From the IMG/VR virus record IMGVR_UViG_3300048502_000040, positions 1 to 23,900 of that record: a stretch of 23,900 nt of DNA; one strand, 5' to 3'. Under the pieces are notes generated by a model. It was not told where the DNA came from. It worked only from the letters and a program-made list of their open reading frames with translations, and did not search any database. A program made the position numbers and the translations under genes. The stretch comes from a virus. Positions within the stretch are counted from its first letter, which is position 1, and each line of letters opens with the position of its first letter. Positions 1-6,972 of the stretch are shown piece by piece.

Positions 1-25
1 AAGCAGTGGTATCAACGCAGAGTAC
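1..25 (+). other. SMART/SMARTer template-switch adapter (library artefact)
   Basis: Exact AAGCAGTGGTATCAACGCAGAGTAC at the contig start. Confidence 0.97.
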
Positions 26-499
26 TTCAAGGACAAGGCAGACCGCCTCGAACTGGATGATGATGAAGCGACCGACAACGTGGTAAAGTGGAATGAAGAG
101 CACCCCGGTGAGAAGCCGGACGAGGACACACTGTTCTGGCTGACGCACCGCAAGCCCACGAACAAAGAGGTCATAAGCTCTCTCATGGGACTTGGAGAGG
201 GTATCGGTCGTCAAGGCAAGAACCACCCGATTCAGTCGGCCAACGCGACCATTGCAAAACTGGCGATGGGTTGGGGATTCGACAAGGACGGTATTCCGTT
301 CCTCTGGCACACACTGCCGAAGCTCCGGGCGAAGCTGGTGAAGTTCGTTCACGACGAACTTGTCATCCAAGCGCCGAAGCAGTTGGCGCAGAAGGTTGCT
401 GATGAGATTCAGAGCGCCTTCAAGCGGGCCGCCGCGATGCGGATGGTCAAGGTCTTCATGGAGTCGGAGTTCCACATCGCAACCTACTGGCAGAAGTAG
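26..499 (+). CDS. polA: DNA polymerase family A, C-terminal fragment (5' truncated)
   Basis: Frame is open from base 26. RQGKNHPIQSANA matches the RxAxNxPIQGxAA motif and LVKFVHDELV is motif C. Confidence 0.9.
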   Translation, partial: FKDKADRLELDDDEATDNVVKWNEEHPGEKPDEDTLFWLTHRKPTNKEVISSLMGLGEGIGRQGKNHPIQSANATIAKLAMGWGFDKDGIPFLWHTLPKLRAKLVKFVHDELVIQAPKQLAQKVADEIQSAFKRAAAMRMVKVFMESEFHIATYWQK

Positions 500-528
500 T
501 TGACAGATTCACGAAGTTGTCGTAAGAT
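500..528 (+). promoter_or_regulatory. sigma70-type promoter
   Basis: TTGACA-N17-TAAGAT, just before the ATG at 538 (short or no leader). Confidence 0.7.
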
Positions 529-537
529 GGGTGAATC

Positions 538-729
538 ATGAACACGGTAGCGTACAACATGGATGACTTGAGGGAGAGGTTGCGCAGTCGCTTCCATGCT
601 GTTATCATCAGCCGTGGGTATTCGGAGGCAGCGGCTCAAGGCATTCTGGAGGAGTGGCTGCCAAAGTACATGCAGGATGTCGAGGGGTTCAAGAAGATGT
701 TGGAAGAATACGAAACGGGGAAACGATGA
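538..729 (+). CDS. hypothetical protein
   Basis: 63 aa ORF after a promoter; its stop overlaps the next start (ATGA). Confidence 0.7.
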   Translation: MNTVAYNMDDLRERLRSRFHAVIISRGYSEAAAQGILEEWLPKYMQDVEGFKKMLEEYETGKR

Positions 730-1139
730 ATCATGATGTCGTCAAGATCAAATTCGGCTCTCACCTGTACGGCACCACAACGCCGTCGAGCGACATGGAC
801 TTCAAGTCCGTGTTCATCCCCACCCGCGAAGAGATACACGAGGCTCTGGAGCTTCTCTACACGGGCAACGTCACGCTGCCGTTGAAGGCGGAGATCAGAA
901 ACCTGTGCCTGAAGGTGAAGCTGGGCCAACTTCCCTACCAAGAAGTTGCAGATGTGATCGAGGAGCTTCTTGAGCGCGTCGAGCAGGCTGCGGTCGATTC
1001 AGACCTCCGCGAGGTTCCTGACTACGAGTTCGCAGACGAGCTTGATTCTGCAACGTCCACGATGCATGTCGTGACAGGAGTCACGTCCTTGGCTGATAAC
1101 CTACCAAAGCTGCAGGAGAGACTTTACAGAGCATTCTGA
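726..1139 (+). pseudogene. Pol-beta-superfamily nucleotidyltransferase (T4 NrdC.11-like), apparently internally deleted
   Basis: N-terminal FGSHLYGTTTPSSDMDFKSVFIP (GSxxYG...DxD) is joined almost directly to the C-terminal ALELLYTG...SDLREVPD block. Only 137 aa. Confidence 0.6.
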
Positions 1140-1162
1140 ACTTCAAGCCATTTCCGTACCAC

Positions 1163-1456
1163 ATGCAGCTTGTGTTCACCAACGACATGAAGGCGTCGAT
1201 CCACAAGCGGTATCCGAAGTACAAATACGATGACAAGACAGGGGCCATCACTCTGCACAGGGACAGCGCCTCAATGGTTATACTTCCTGAGCAGACCAAC
1301 ATCAACCACATCGCCCACGAGGTCACCCACGTAATCCAGAACTTCATCAAGTACATCGAGGCGAAGAACTGCAACGAACTTGAGGCATACTACATTGGCT
1401 GGCTCGTGTACGAAGTGGCAAAGCGGGCCGCGCTTGACAAACCAGCCGGGGAGTGA
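1163..1456 (+). CDS. small HExxH (zincin-like) phage protein
   Basis: IAHEVTH...NELEAYYIGWL. The true start may be TTG at 1089 (AGGAG RBS), with a frameshift near 1130. Confidence 0.65.
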   Translation: MQLVFTNDMKASIHKRYPKYKYDDKTGAITLHRDSASMVILPEQTNINHIAHEVTHVIQNFIKYIEAKNCNELEAYYIGWLVYEVAKRAALDKPAGE

Positions 1457-1462
1457 GATACT
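1434..1462 (+). promoter_or_regulatory. sigma70-type promoter driving the 1472-1576 RNA
   Basis: TTGACA-N17-GATACT with an upstream TG. Confidence 0.55.
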
Positions 1463-1471
1463 TCTTTTAGA

Positions 1472-1576
1472 TCAAGCCCACTGACGGGCGCGTTCGGGAC
1501 TGGCGTCGTAGGAGAGATACGGACGGGTTTCCTTTCACCTGATTGCAACACCCGCCGCGCCGTTCAGTGGGTTTGA
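1472..1576 (+). ncRNA. putative ~105 nt rod-like structured RNA
   Basis: TCAAGCCCACTGA..GGCGCG pairs with CGCGCC..TCAGTGGGTTTGA; it starts ~10 nt after the -10 box. Confidence 0.5.
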
Positions 1577-1601
1577 CAGAGGAAGCAAGGAGTGGTACCA
1601 T
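1573..1601 (+). promoter_or_regulatory. sigma70-type promoter
   Basis: TTGACA-N17-TACCAT with an extended TG. Confidence 0.5.
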
Positions 1602-1911
1602 GCAGACAGTAAGTGGAGAGTTCTATTTGGCGGTGAAGAAGAATCGGCAGCACTGGAAAGGTCTAGCCGCTCGACTCACCAACAAAGCACCATCCTTGGA
1701 ATCTGGCGAAGTCGCCATCAAGGTCGTGGTGAACGTGCCGGATGCGTTGTTCACGAGCCCGATACTGCAAGCAAGCATCAACGTGCCCGAGGGCGCTGTG
1801 TCGAAGCCTGTTATCGACGCAGTTGTCCTTGACAACATCAAGGAATCTCTCAACCAGCAGTTCGGACTCTATGTTCGGGTAGCGTTGGTAGAAAATGACC
1901 GTGAATCCTAA
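1600..1911 (+). CDS. hypothetical protein
   Basis: AAGGAG RBS, then MQTVSGEFYLAV... Confidence 0.7.
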   Translation: MQTVSGEFYLAVKKNRQHWKGLAARLTNKAPSLESGEVAIKVVVNVPDALFTSPILQASINVPEGAVSKPVIDAVVLDNIKESLNQQFGLYVRVALVENDRES

Positions 1912-2038
1912 GCTGCTGCCTGCTGTGATGATCGTTATTGACGTGCTTGCCGCCGTGGTGTATGCTACGAACAAGGACGTGCGACACACGATCTACTGGT
2001 TAGCCGCTGCGGTGCTCACCGCCTCGGTCACTTTCTAG
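1901..2038 (+). CDS. small two-TM membrane protein (45 aa; not in the ORF track)
   Basis: GTG start; MNPKLLPAVMIVIDVLAAVVYATNKDVRHTIYWLAAAVLTASVTF*. Confidence 0.7.
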   Translation: MNPKLLPAVMIVIDVLAAVVYATNKDVRHTIYWLAAAVLTASVTF

Positions 2039-2042
2039 GGGC

Positions 2043-2072
2043 TTGACAAGAAAGTCGCCCCTGTGGTACAAT
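2043..2072 (+). promoter_or_regulatory. sigma70-type promoter upstream of the tmRNA/RNA island
   Basis: TTGACA-N18-TACAAT with an extended TG. It is followed by a leader of three hairpins (2082-2156). Confidence 0.75.
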
Positions 2073-2174
2073 GTTCTTACGGTCGAGGTAATGCCTCGAA
2101 AGTTGCCGAACTTACAATCGGCTGGTGGAGGGTGTTCAGGTGAAAGCCTGACGCCCCCGTTTCAAAGGAGCAAC

Positions 2175-2348
2175 ATGATCGTTGAAGTCGCAGTTGTATC
2201 GGCTCTTGCAGGTGCGGGAATTTATGCCGCCCTCAAGGGTGTTTTCGGAACCTCGGTGGAAGCTACGGCAAAGGCTGATGAAGCCGCTGTCAAGGCTGCT
2301 GTCGCCAAGGAAGAGTCCGCTGTGAAGTCGGACATCTCGAAACTCTAA
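2175..2348 (+). CDS. small membrane-anchored Ala/Lys-rich protein
   Basis: AAAGGAG RBS; MIVEVAVVSALAGAGIYAALKG... Confidence 0.7.
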   Translation: MIVEVAVVSALAGAGIYAALKGVFGTSVEATAKADEAAVKAAVAKEESAVKSDISKL

Positions 2349-2349
2349 C

Positions 2350-2694
2350 TGTATCAAGTACGCACGTCAACACTGCATTCTAGCTTATTCGGACAGCGGT
2401 TCAACTCCGCTCACGTCCACCAAGAAGGGTACTGATAAGTAAGATGTGCTGCACAATGTCAGCCAGTACCTTTCTTTGTGGGCGTGTCACGGCTTCGACG
2501 GGTTTGGGATGATGCAGCTTCGTGCCGGAACTGATGCTCACCGTAACGAGAGTCAAAAACACAACTGCCACCAAGAGTGTCGGTTCACGGATCGCATCTT
2601 TCGTCAAGGGCTTGTTCAGCTTCGACGGATTTGCCATCCCGGTACTAGCTTAGTCTAGTGGGGTCTGGCCCACCTTGCAACAGAACGGGCCAAC
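2350..2694 (+). ncRNA. ssrA: circularly permuted two-piece tmRNA: acceptor piece ~2350-2422, spacer 2423-2479, coding piece 2480-~2694
   Basis: The 3' module GGAC-AGCGG-TTCAACT-CCGCT-CACGTCC-A-CCA lies upstream of the 5' module GGGCGTG-TCACGGCTTCGACGGG. The 7-bp acceptor stem has G3:U70 and A73. P2 pairings ATGCAG/CTGCAT and CGTGC/GCACG, a pk1 and a resume context are present. Confidence 0.88.
2567..2653 (+). other. tmRNA tag reading frame (A)ATKSVGSRIASFVKGLFSFDGFAIPVLA*
   Basis: The AAAAACACAACT-GCC resume context directly follows pk1, and the tag ends in hydrophobic -VLA. Confidence 0.75.
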
Positions 2695-2710
2695 TTTATG
2701 AACGGAGATC

Positions 2711-3109
2711 ATGGTAGATAAGGAGAAGCAAAAGGCTTACTATAAAAAGTGGCGCTTGGCTAACAGAAAAGGAAAGCCAAAGTACCGACTGTATGAGATG
2801 GAATACCGGAGCACTCTGAAAGTTGAGGTTCTTACTCATTACGGACTAGGCGGGACTCTGGGTTGCTGCTGGCCCGGTTGCACTGAGTGCGACATCGACG
2901 TTTTGACTCTGGATCACATCGACAATAGCGGAAAAATCGAACGTAAGAATGGAACCGGAAAGACTGGACAACGCATGTACAGGCACCTGAAGTTGTCTGA
3001 CTAACCTGAAGGCTTTCAAACCTTGTGTTGGAATCACCAATGGAAGAAGGAGATTCTTCGCAGAAAAGAGCAAGTGAAGCAAAGGTACCTAAACGCTAAT
3101 TTAGTTTGA
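2711..3109 (+). pseudogene. HNH endonuclease interrupted by an in-frame TAA (3002-3004)
   Basis: CCWPGC..DVLTLDHIDNSG...LSD*PEGFQTLCWNHQW. The stop sits where Tyr of the usual YPxGFQxLCxN motif is expected. Confidence 0.75.
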
Positions 3110-3116
3110 AATCTTT

Positions 3117-3299
3117 TCGCCACTTCAAAAGTGCAAAACACGAAAGTGACAATGGCGACGTAAGACGGACTCGTAGTGCCTGACTCCTCTCAGGACGAGC
3201 AACCGCAGTGGCGGCGGAGAGACAAATCATCGGGAACGTCCGGCGCTGTTATGTAGTGGGGCCGGGCAACGTCAGGCGGGTTGAAATGGGTTTCCGTCT
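3117..3299 (+). ncRNA. two structured modules (3117-3158 and 3163-3299)
   Basis: TCGCCA/TGGCGA encloses two hairpins. AGACGGA/TCCGTCT encloses CTCGT/ACGAG, CCTGA/TCAGG, CCGC/GCGG and CCGGC/GCCGG. Confidence 0.5.
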
Positions 3300-3303
3300 G
3301 GTA

Positions 3304-3378
3304 GCGGGGTTGTAGCTCAGTTGGATAGAGCATCTGGTGAGACCAGAGGGTCGCAGGTTCGAGTCCTGCCTCCCCGCG
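3304..3378 (+). tRNA. tRNA-like element lacking a 7-nt anticodon loop
   Basis: Canonical D arm (TA-GCTC-AGTTGGATA-GAGC) and T arm (GCAGG-TTCGAGT-CCTGC). The anticodon arm is TCTGG-TGAGA-CCAGA, the acceptor stem is bulged, and no CCA is encoded. Confidence 0.75.
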
Positions 3379-3390
3379 AACGACATTCAG

Positions 3391-3496
3391 TTTCACCAGC
3401 GGGTTACCGAAGTGGGCGGCGATGAGCACACACGAGGCCGGGCAAACCGCGAGGGAGTGCAGTCTGAATACTGCTAAAGACAGCCCGTTGGTGAGA
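3391..3496 (+). ncRNA. structured RNA with a 15-bp terminal stem
   Basis: TTTCACCAGCGGGTT pairs with AGCCCGTTGGTGAGA; internal hairpin GCAGT-CTGAAT-ACTGC. Confidence 0.55.
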
Positions 3497-3504
3497 AATA
3501 ATTG

Positions 3505-3597
3505 TGGGCAACGCGCAGTGTGACTAGACGCTGCATGACTAGGGAGCTATAGTAATCCCTTATCAGGAGGGTAATCAAACCCTGCTTGCCCAGACCA
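3505..3597 (+). ncRNA. aberrant cloverleaf RNA ending in GACCA
   Basis: TGGGCAA/TTGCCCA 7-bp stem with three arms: GCAGTGT/ACGCTGC, AGGGA/TCCCT and AGGGT/ACCCT. Confidence 0.5.
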
Positions 3598-3599
3598 GT

Positions 3600-3772
3600 T
3601 TGCCGCGCACCCTCCCTTGGCGGGGAGGAATCGGCTAGTCTAACAGTCTACGTGTGTCCGCCAAGACCTCGGGGGACTCGAAAATAAAGCTCTGCCATCC
3701 GGCAGCGAAAAGTGGACTAGGCGATCCACCGTTGCGAAAGCATCGTTAGCTTATAGAAGCCAAGCGCGGCGA
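3600..3772 (+). ncRNA. ~170 nt multi-stem, probably pseudoknotted RNA
   Basis: TTGCCGCGC/GCGCGGCGA closing stem; CTTGGCGG is complementary to CCGCCAAG; several internal hairpins. Confidence 0.55.
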
Positions 3773-3816
3773 TTAGTTTGTAACAAAAGTAGTATCATGC
3801 TCTGGGAGGAGCGAAC

Positions 3817-4050
3817 ATGGAAACTCTGTTGAAATTCCTCGGATTCATTTTACTCGCAGCCTTGTTCGTCATTTTGGTTGCGGCACTCATCGCGCTACCT
3901 ATCATGTGGCTCGTCAACTGGCTCATTGTGCCCAAGCTGATCTACGCCATCTTCGGCGTCTACAAGCTGAACTTCTGGAAGGCTCTCGGTATCGGCCTGC
4001 TGTCCGGTTCACTGTTCAAGTCGGTGCAGTCAACCAGCAGCAAGAGCTAA
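3817..4050 (+). CDS. small membrane protein
   Basis: GGAGGAG RBS; highly hydrophobic 77 aa. Confidence 0.8.
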   Translation: METLLKFLGFILLAALFVILVAALIALPIMWLVNWLIVPKLIYAIFGVYKLNFWKALGIGLLSGSLFKSVQSTSSKS

Positions 4051-4056
4051 CGAAAA

Positions 4057-4227
4057 TCGCGTGTCGCCGTGGCGCATCTGGCGCTTGCTCAAAGGACACG
4101 GATCATGCCGGGGAGTGGGTGTAAGGTGCCTCTTGAGGGTACCCCACCCAAGCCCACGAACCGGAACTACATGAATACCAGAGACCCGTAAGGGACTGGC
4201 ACGACGGTAAAAGCCCGCCACACGCGA
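4057..4227 (+). ncRNA. ~170 nt nested structured RNA
   Basis: TCGCGTGT/ACACGCGA encloses GCCGT/ACGGT, TCTGG/CCAGA, TCATG/CATGA, CCGG/CCGG, GTGGG/CCCAC and GGTGCCT/GGGTACC. Confidence 0.55.
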
Positions 4228-4263
4228 GATGCTCCTGTACATCTATACATAGTCAAAGGACAC

Positions 4264-4560
4264 ATGGCTGACAATCTAAAGATAGGCAAAGTGGAGGTAG
4301 TTCAGGTCTTCAAGACCAAGGTGGTACCCCTCCCATCAGTGAGTGATCCTGCCGGGGTGAACCAAGTACCGCGAGAGGTCATTGCCTCAAAACTTCTAAT
4401 CATACCGGACGATCCAAACGACAACTGGTCGTTGCGCGGGGAACTAACCATTCCCGGCGCTTTGACATTTGGTGCTATCTATGATCTAATACTCGTAGAT
4501 CATGTTGAGCCGCCACCCGTGCCGGAAAACTTCCGCAAGTTTCAAGAACCAGAGTTATAG
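4264..4560 (+). CDS. hypothetical protein (C-terminal RKFQE motif)
   Basis: AAAGGA RBS; 98 aa. Confidence 0.75.
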   Translation: MADNLKIGKVEVVQVFKTKVVPLPSVSDPAGVNQVPREVIASKLLIIPDDPNDNWSLRGELTIPGALTFGAIYDLILVDHVEPPPVPENFRKFQEPEL

Positions 4561-4574
4561 ATCGGAGAGCCGTT

Positions 4575-5165
4575 GTGACCAACTTCTTTACAGCAGACGA
4601 ACACTACTTCCACGAGAATGCGAGAATGGGCTGGGGCAACGCAGCTAAGGCTCGTCCCTTCACGTCTGCGCTCGACATGAAGGAAGGTCTAATCGCCCGC
4701 CACAACGAAGTGGTGCGCCCCGGCGACCACACTCACCACGTCGGCGACATGTTCTGGCGCACATGCACCTACGAGGATGCTCTCAACATTATGAGCAGGC
4801 TGAACGGTAGCCACTCGTACGTCATGGGCAACCACGAAGAGGTCATGCTCAGTCACTACCATCTTCGTTCCGTGTTTACGACCGTGGAGGAGCGTTCCTT
4901 CATCAACCTGCCGGGAGGCCCGTCGAAGGGCATCGTCCTCGATCACTACTCAGGAAGAGTTTGGAGACAATCCGGCGCAGGCGCGTGGCAGCTTTACGGA
5001 CACAGCCACAATGAGCTTGAATCGCGTGAGGACTCGAAGAACCTCCTGTCGTGCGATGTCGGAGTTGACAGTTGGAACTGGTATCCTGTATCCTTATCTC
5101 AGATCGCGGAAGTCATGCGCGTGAAGAAGGAGAACAGGGATGGCCGGGCCGTGGACAGAGGATGA
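4575..5165 (+). CDS. calcineurin-like metallophosphoesterase
   Basis: DEH, GD, GNHE, HY, GHSH and DVGVD motifs. Confidence 0.9.
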   Translation: MTNFFTADEHYFHENARMGWGNAAKARPFTSALDMKEGLIARHNEVVRPGDHTHHVGDMFWRTCTYEDALNIMSRLNGSHSYVMGNHEEVMLSHYHLRSVFTTVEERSFINLPGGPSKGIVLDHYSGRVWRQSGAGAWQLYGHSHNELESREDSKNLLSCDVGVDSWNWYPVSLSQIAEVMRVKKENRDGRAVDRG

Positions 5166-6267
5166 GCAACTGGGGTTGAACCTCAAGAAGGAATACATCC
5201 TGAAGCACCACCCCAGCGCCCACGCGGAGTTCATGGCGGAGGCCGGACGCTGGGTGGTCTTCGGTCGTGGAAAGTACAACGAGTCCCTGACCATAGGAAC
5301 TGGGGGCAGTGAGCGGGCCGCGTGGCAAAGCGCGTACAAATACACACAAGAAAGTGTCTCTCCTATTCCGGTGTCCACCCCAAAAATTTCTACAACATCT
5401 TCCAAGGGATCGCTGGAGTACCCTGCGGTGTGCGACCCGTACACAGGCTTGTGGAAGCCACTCTCGACCGATACGATGCCTGTGGGATGGCACCCGGAGC
5501 GCGAGTACACCACTGGTGAAGTCGTCTACATGAAGGACGGAGGCACTAAGGTCTATGCTAATGGCAAGCTGCACGATTTAGTCACTCACAAGCTCATCAC
5601 GGGCGAGACCATGCAGATGAACCCCATCACGAACGAGGTATTTCACTCGAACGTGTTGTCTCAAGGTGCGAAGACGGCGGCTGGGATCGCGGCGCTGAAG
5701 CAGCAGGCCGAGTCCGGCGCACTAGATAAACTGAAGTCCGGCATAGCAAAGAAACTGAACATGCACGTCGGCCAGTACATCCCGGTCGATACTGAAGATG
5801 ACCTTCAGGTGCTAACCAAGTACAAGGTCAAGTTCACACCGACCTTGAAGCCGATGATACTCCCAAAGAAGCCTGCGCTCGAAGAGGACGATGAGGAGTT
5901 CGCCCCAGTGCCGACGAAGAAGGAAAAACCGTTCTCCTCTATCAACACGAAGGCCGACCTGACCAATCAGGCGCTCGTCCAGCACATCGGTGTAGCATCG
6001 AACTGCAACGTGATTATCCAGCAGGCGTTCTCTTCCAAGGGTGCGTTTGGTCGCAAGGTGCGGCTGGTCTGCAAGCAGTGCAACAAGGACAAGGTGTACT
6101 TCGACGAGGCGATGTTCCACATGACTCCCGAAGGCATCGTCAACGAGTTGAAGGAATTTTGCTTCGCTCATCGGCACGACGGCAGCAAGGTCGAGATGCC
6201 GTGGAAGACGGTAGCTATACCTGACCCGAAGAAGTTGGAGAACTACCGACGCTTCAGGGAGGAATAA
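5140..6267 (+). CDS. mosaic hypothetical protein (C-terminal RRFREE)
   Basis: 375 aa. WHPEREYTTGEVV resembles a CBM5/12-type motif, and there is a CxxC...H domain near the C-terminus. Confidence 0.75.
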   Translation: MAGPWTEDEQLGLNLKKEYILKHHPSAHAEFMAEAGRWVVFGRGKYNESLTIGTGGSERAAWQSAYKYTQESVSPIPVSTPKISTTSSKGSLEYPAVCDPYTGLWKPLSTDTMPVGWHPEREYTTGEVVYMKDGGTKVYANGKLHDLVTHKLITGETMQMNPITNEVFHSNVLSQGAKTAAGIAALKQQAESGALDKLKSGIAKKLNMHVGQYIPVDTEDDLQVLTKYKVKFTPTLKPMILPKKPALEEDDEEFAPVPTKKEKPFSSINTKADLTNQALVQHIGVASNCNVIIQQAFSSKGAFGRKVRLVCKQCNKDKVYFDEAMFHMTPEGIVNELKEFCFAHRHDGSKVEMPWKTVAIPDPKKLENYRRFREE

Positions 6268-6539
6268 TGCCTTCAAAGCTGATGAGAGAGGCGATATGGG
6301 ACACACCCAGTCATAGGCGCATAAGCAAGATGCCACCTAAAAGAAAGTACGATCTACACCCGTTTTTCATAACGGACTTTCCGACGCGAATGCCTCACGG
6401 CTACATTGAGGAGCAGAGCACAGCAGGAATACCGGGCCTGAGTGGGATTGTAAGCCCTCCTCCACAGCCCGTCGTCAAAGCTAAGGCAGCGGTGAAGTTC
6501 CCGCTCACAACCGCAGACCGACGTTTCCGGTCAGAGTAG
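6267..6539 (+). CDS. hypothetical protein (C-terminal RRFRSE)
   Basis: TAATG coupling and a GGAGG RBS. Confidence 0.7.
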   Translation: MPSKLMREAIWDTPSHRRISKMPPKRKYDLHPFFITDFPTRMPHGYIEEQSTAGIPGLSGIVSPPPQPVVKAKAAVKFPLTTADRRFRSE

Positions 6540-6546
6540 GGGATGT

Positions 6547-6972
6547 TTGAGAAGTGCTTTACACAGATGTGTCGTCATACTCTCGCTACTACTCGCGCCG
6601 CTGGCGCTGCACGGGAGAGTTGCATCTGAGCACATCGCACTCACCCCGGTAAAGACTGGCCCTCCTCCCGAGGGCTGTCTCGCTCCTCTTGTGCGGGCCA
6701 GCTTCTACTCGACGAACTTCGAGGGCAAAGAGATGGCAAACGGGGGTACGTTCCATGAGGCGGTGCCCACAGCGGCAAGCCGGACGTACCCCCTCGGTGC
6801 GGTGCTGGATGTGACCGCGCAAAGTACGCGTAAAACTGTGCGGCTGCGGGTGACTGACACCGGGCCGTGGAACCACAAGTTCTGCCTCGATCTTTCGACG
6901 GCAGCTTTCAAGGGTCTGGGCCTCGACGAAAAGCGCGGTTGGGACTGGGTGTCGATTACAAGGATCAGGTAA
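6547..6972 (+). CDS. RlpA-like double-psi beta-barrel lytic transglycosylase with a signal peptide
   Basis: ASFY...GKEMANG..F....TAASRTYPLG...VTDTGP...LDLS.AAF, plus a hydrophobic N-terminus. Confidence 0.85.
   Translation: MRSALHRCVVILSLLLAPLALHGRVASEHIALTPVKTGPPPEGCLAPLVRASFYSTNFEGKEMANGGTFHEAVPTAASRTYPLGAVLDVTAQSTRKTVRLRVTDTGPWNHKFCLDLSTAAFKGLGLDEKRGWDWVSITRIR

Noticed and set aside
2401-2658. ORFs 2446..2658 (+) and 2401..2637 (-)
   Set aside because: They overlap the tmRNA, lack an RBS, and the + ORF is not in the tag frame.
3002-3004. Stop-codon reassignment
   Set aside because: TAA, TAG and TGA all end well-defined genes, and there is no clear suppressor tRNA.
3163-3772. RNase P RNA, hammerhead, HDV-like ribozyme or group I intron
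   Set aside because: I could not find GAGGAAAGUCC, a CUGAUGA..GAAA core, a full HDV topology or P7 elements by eye.
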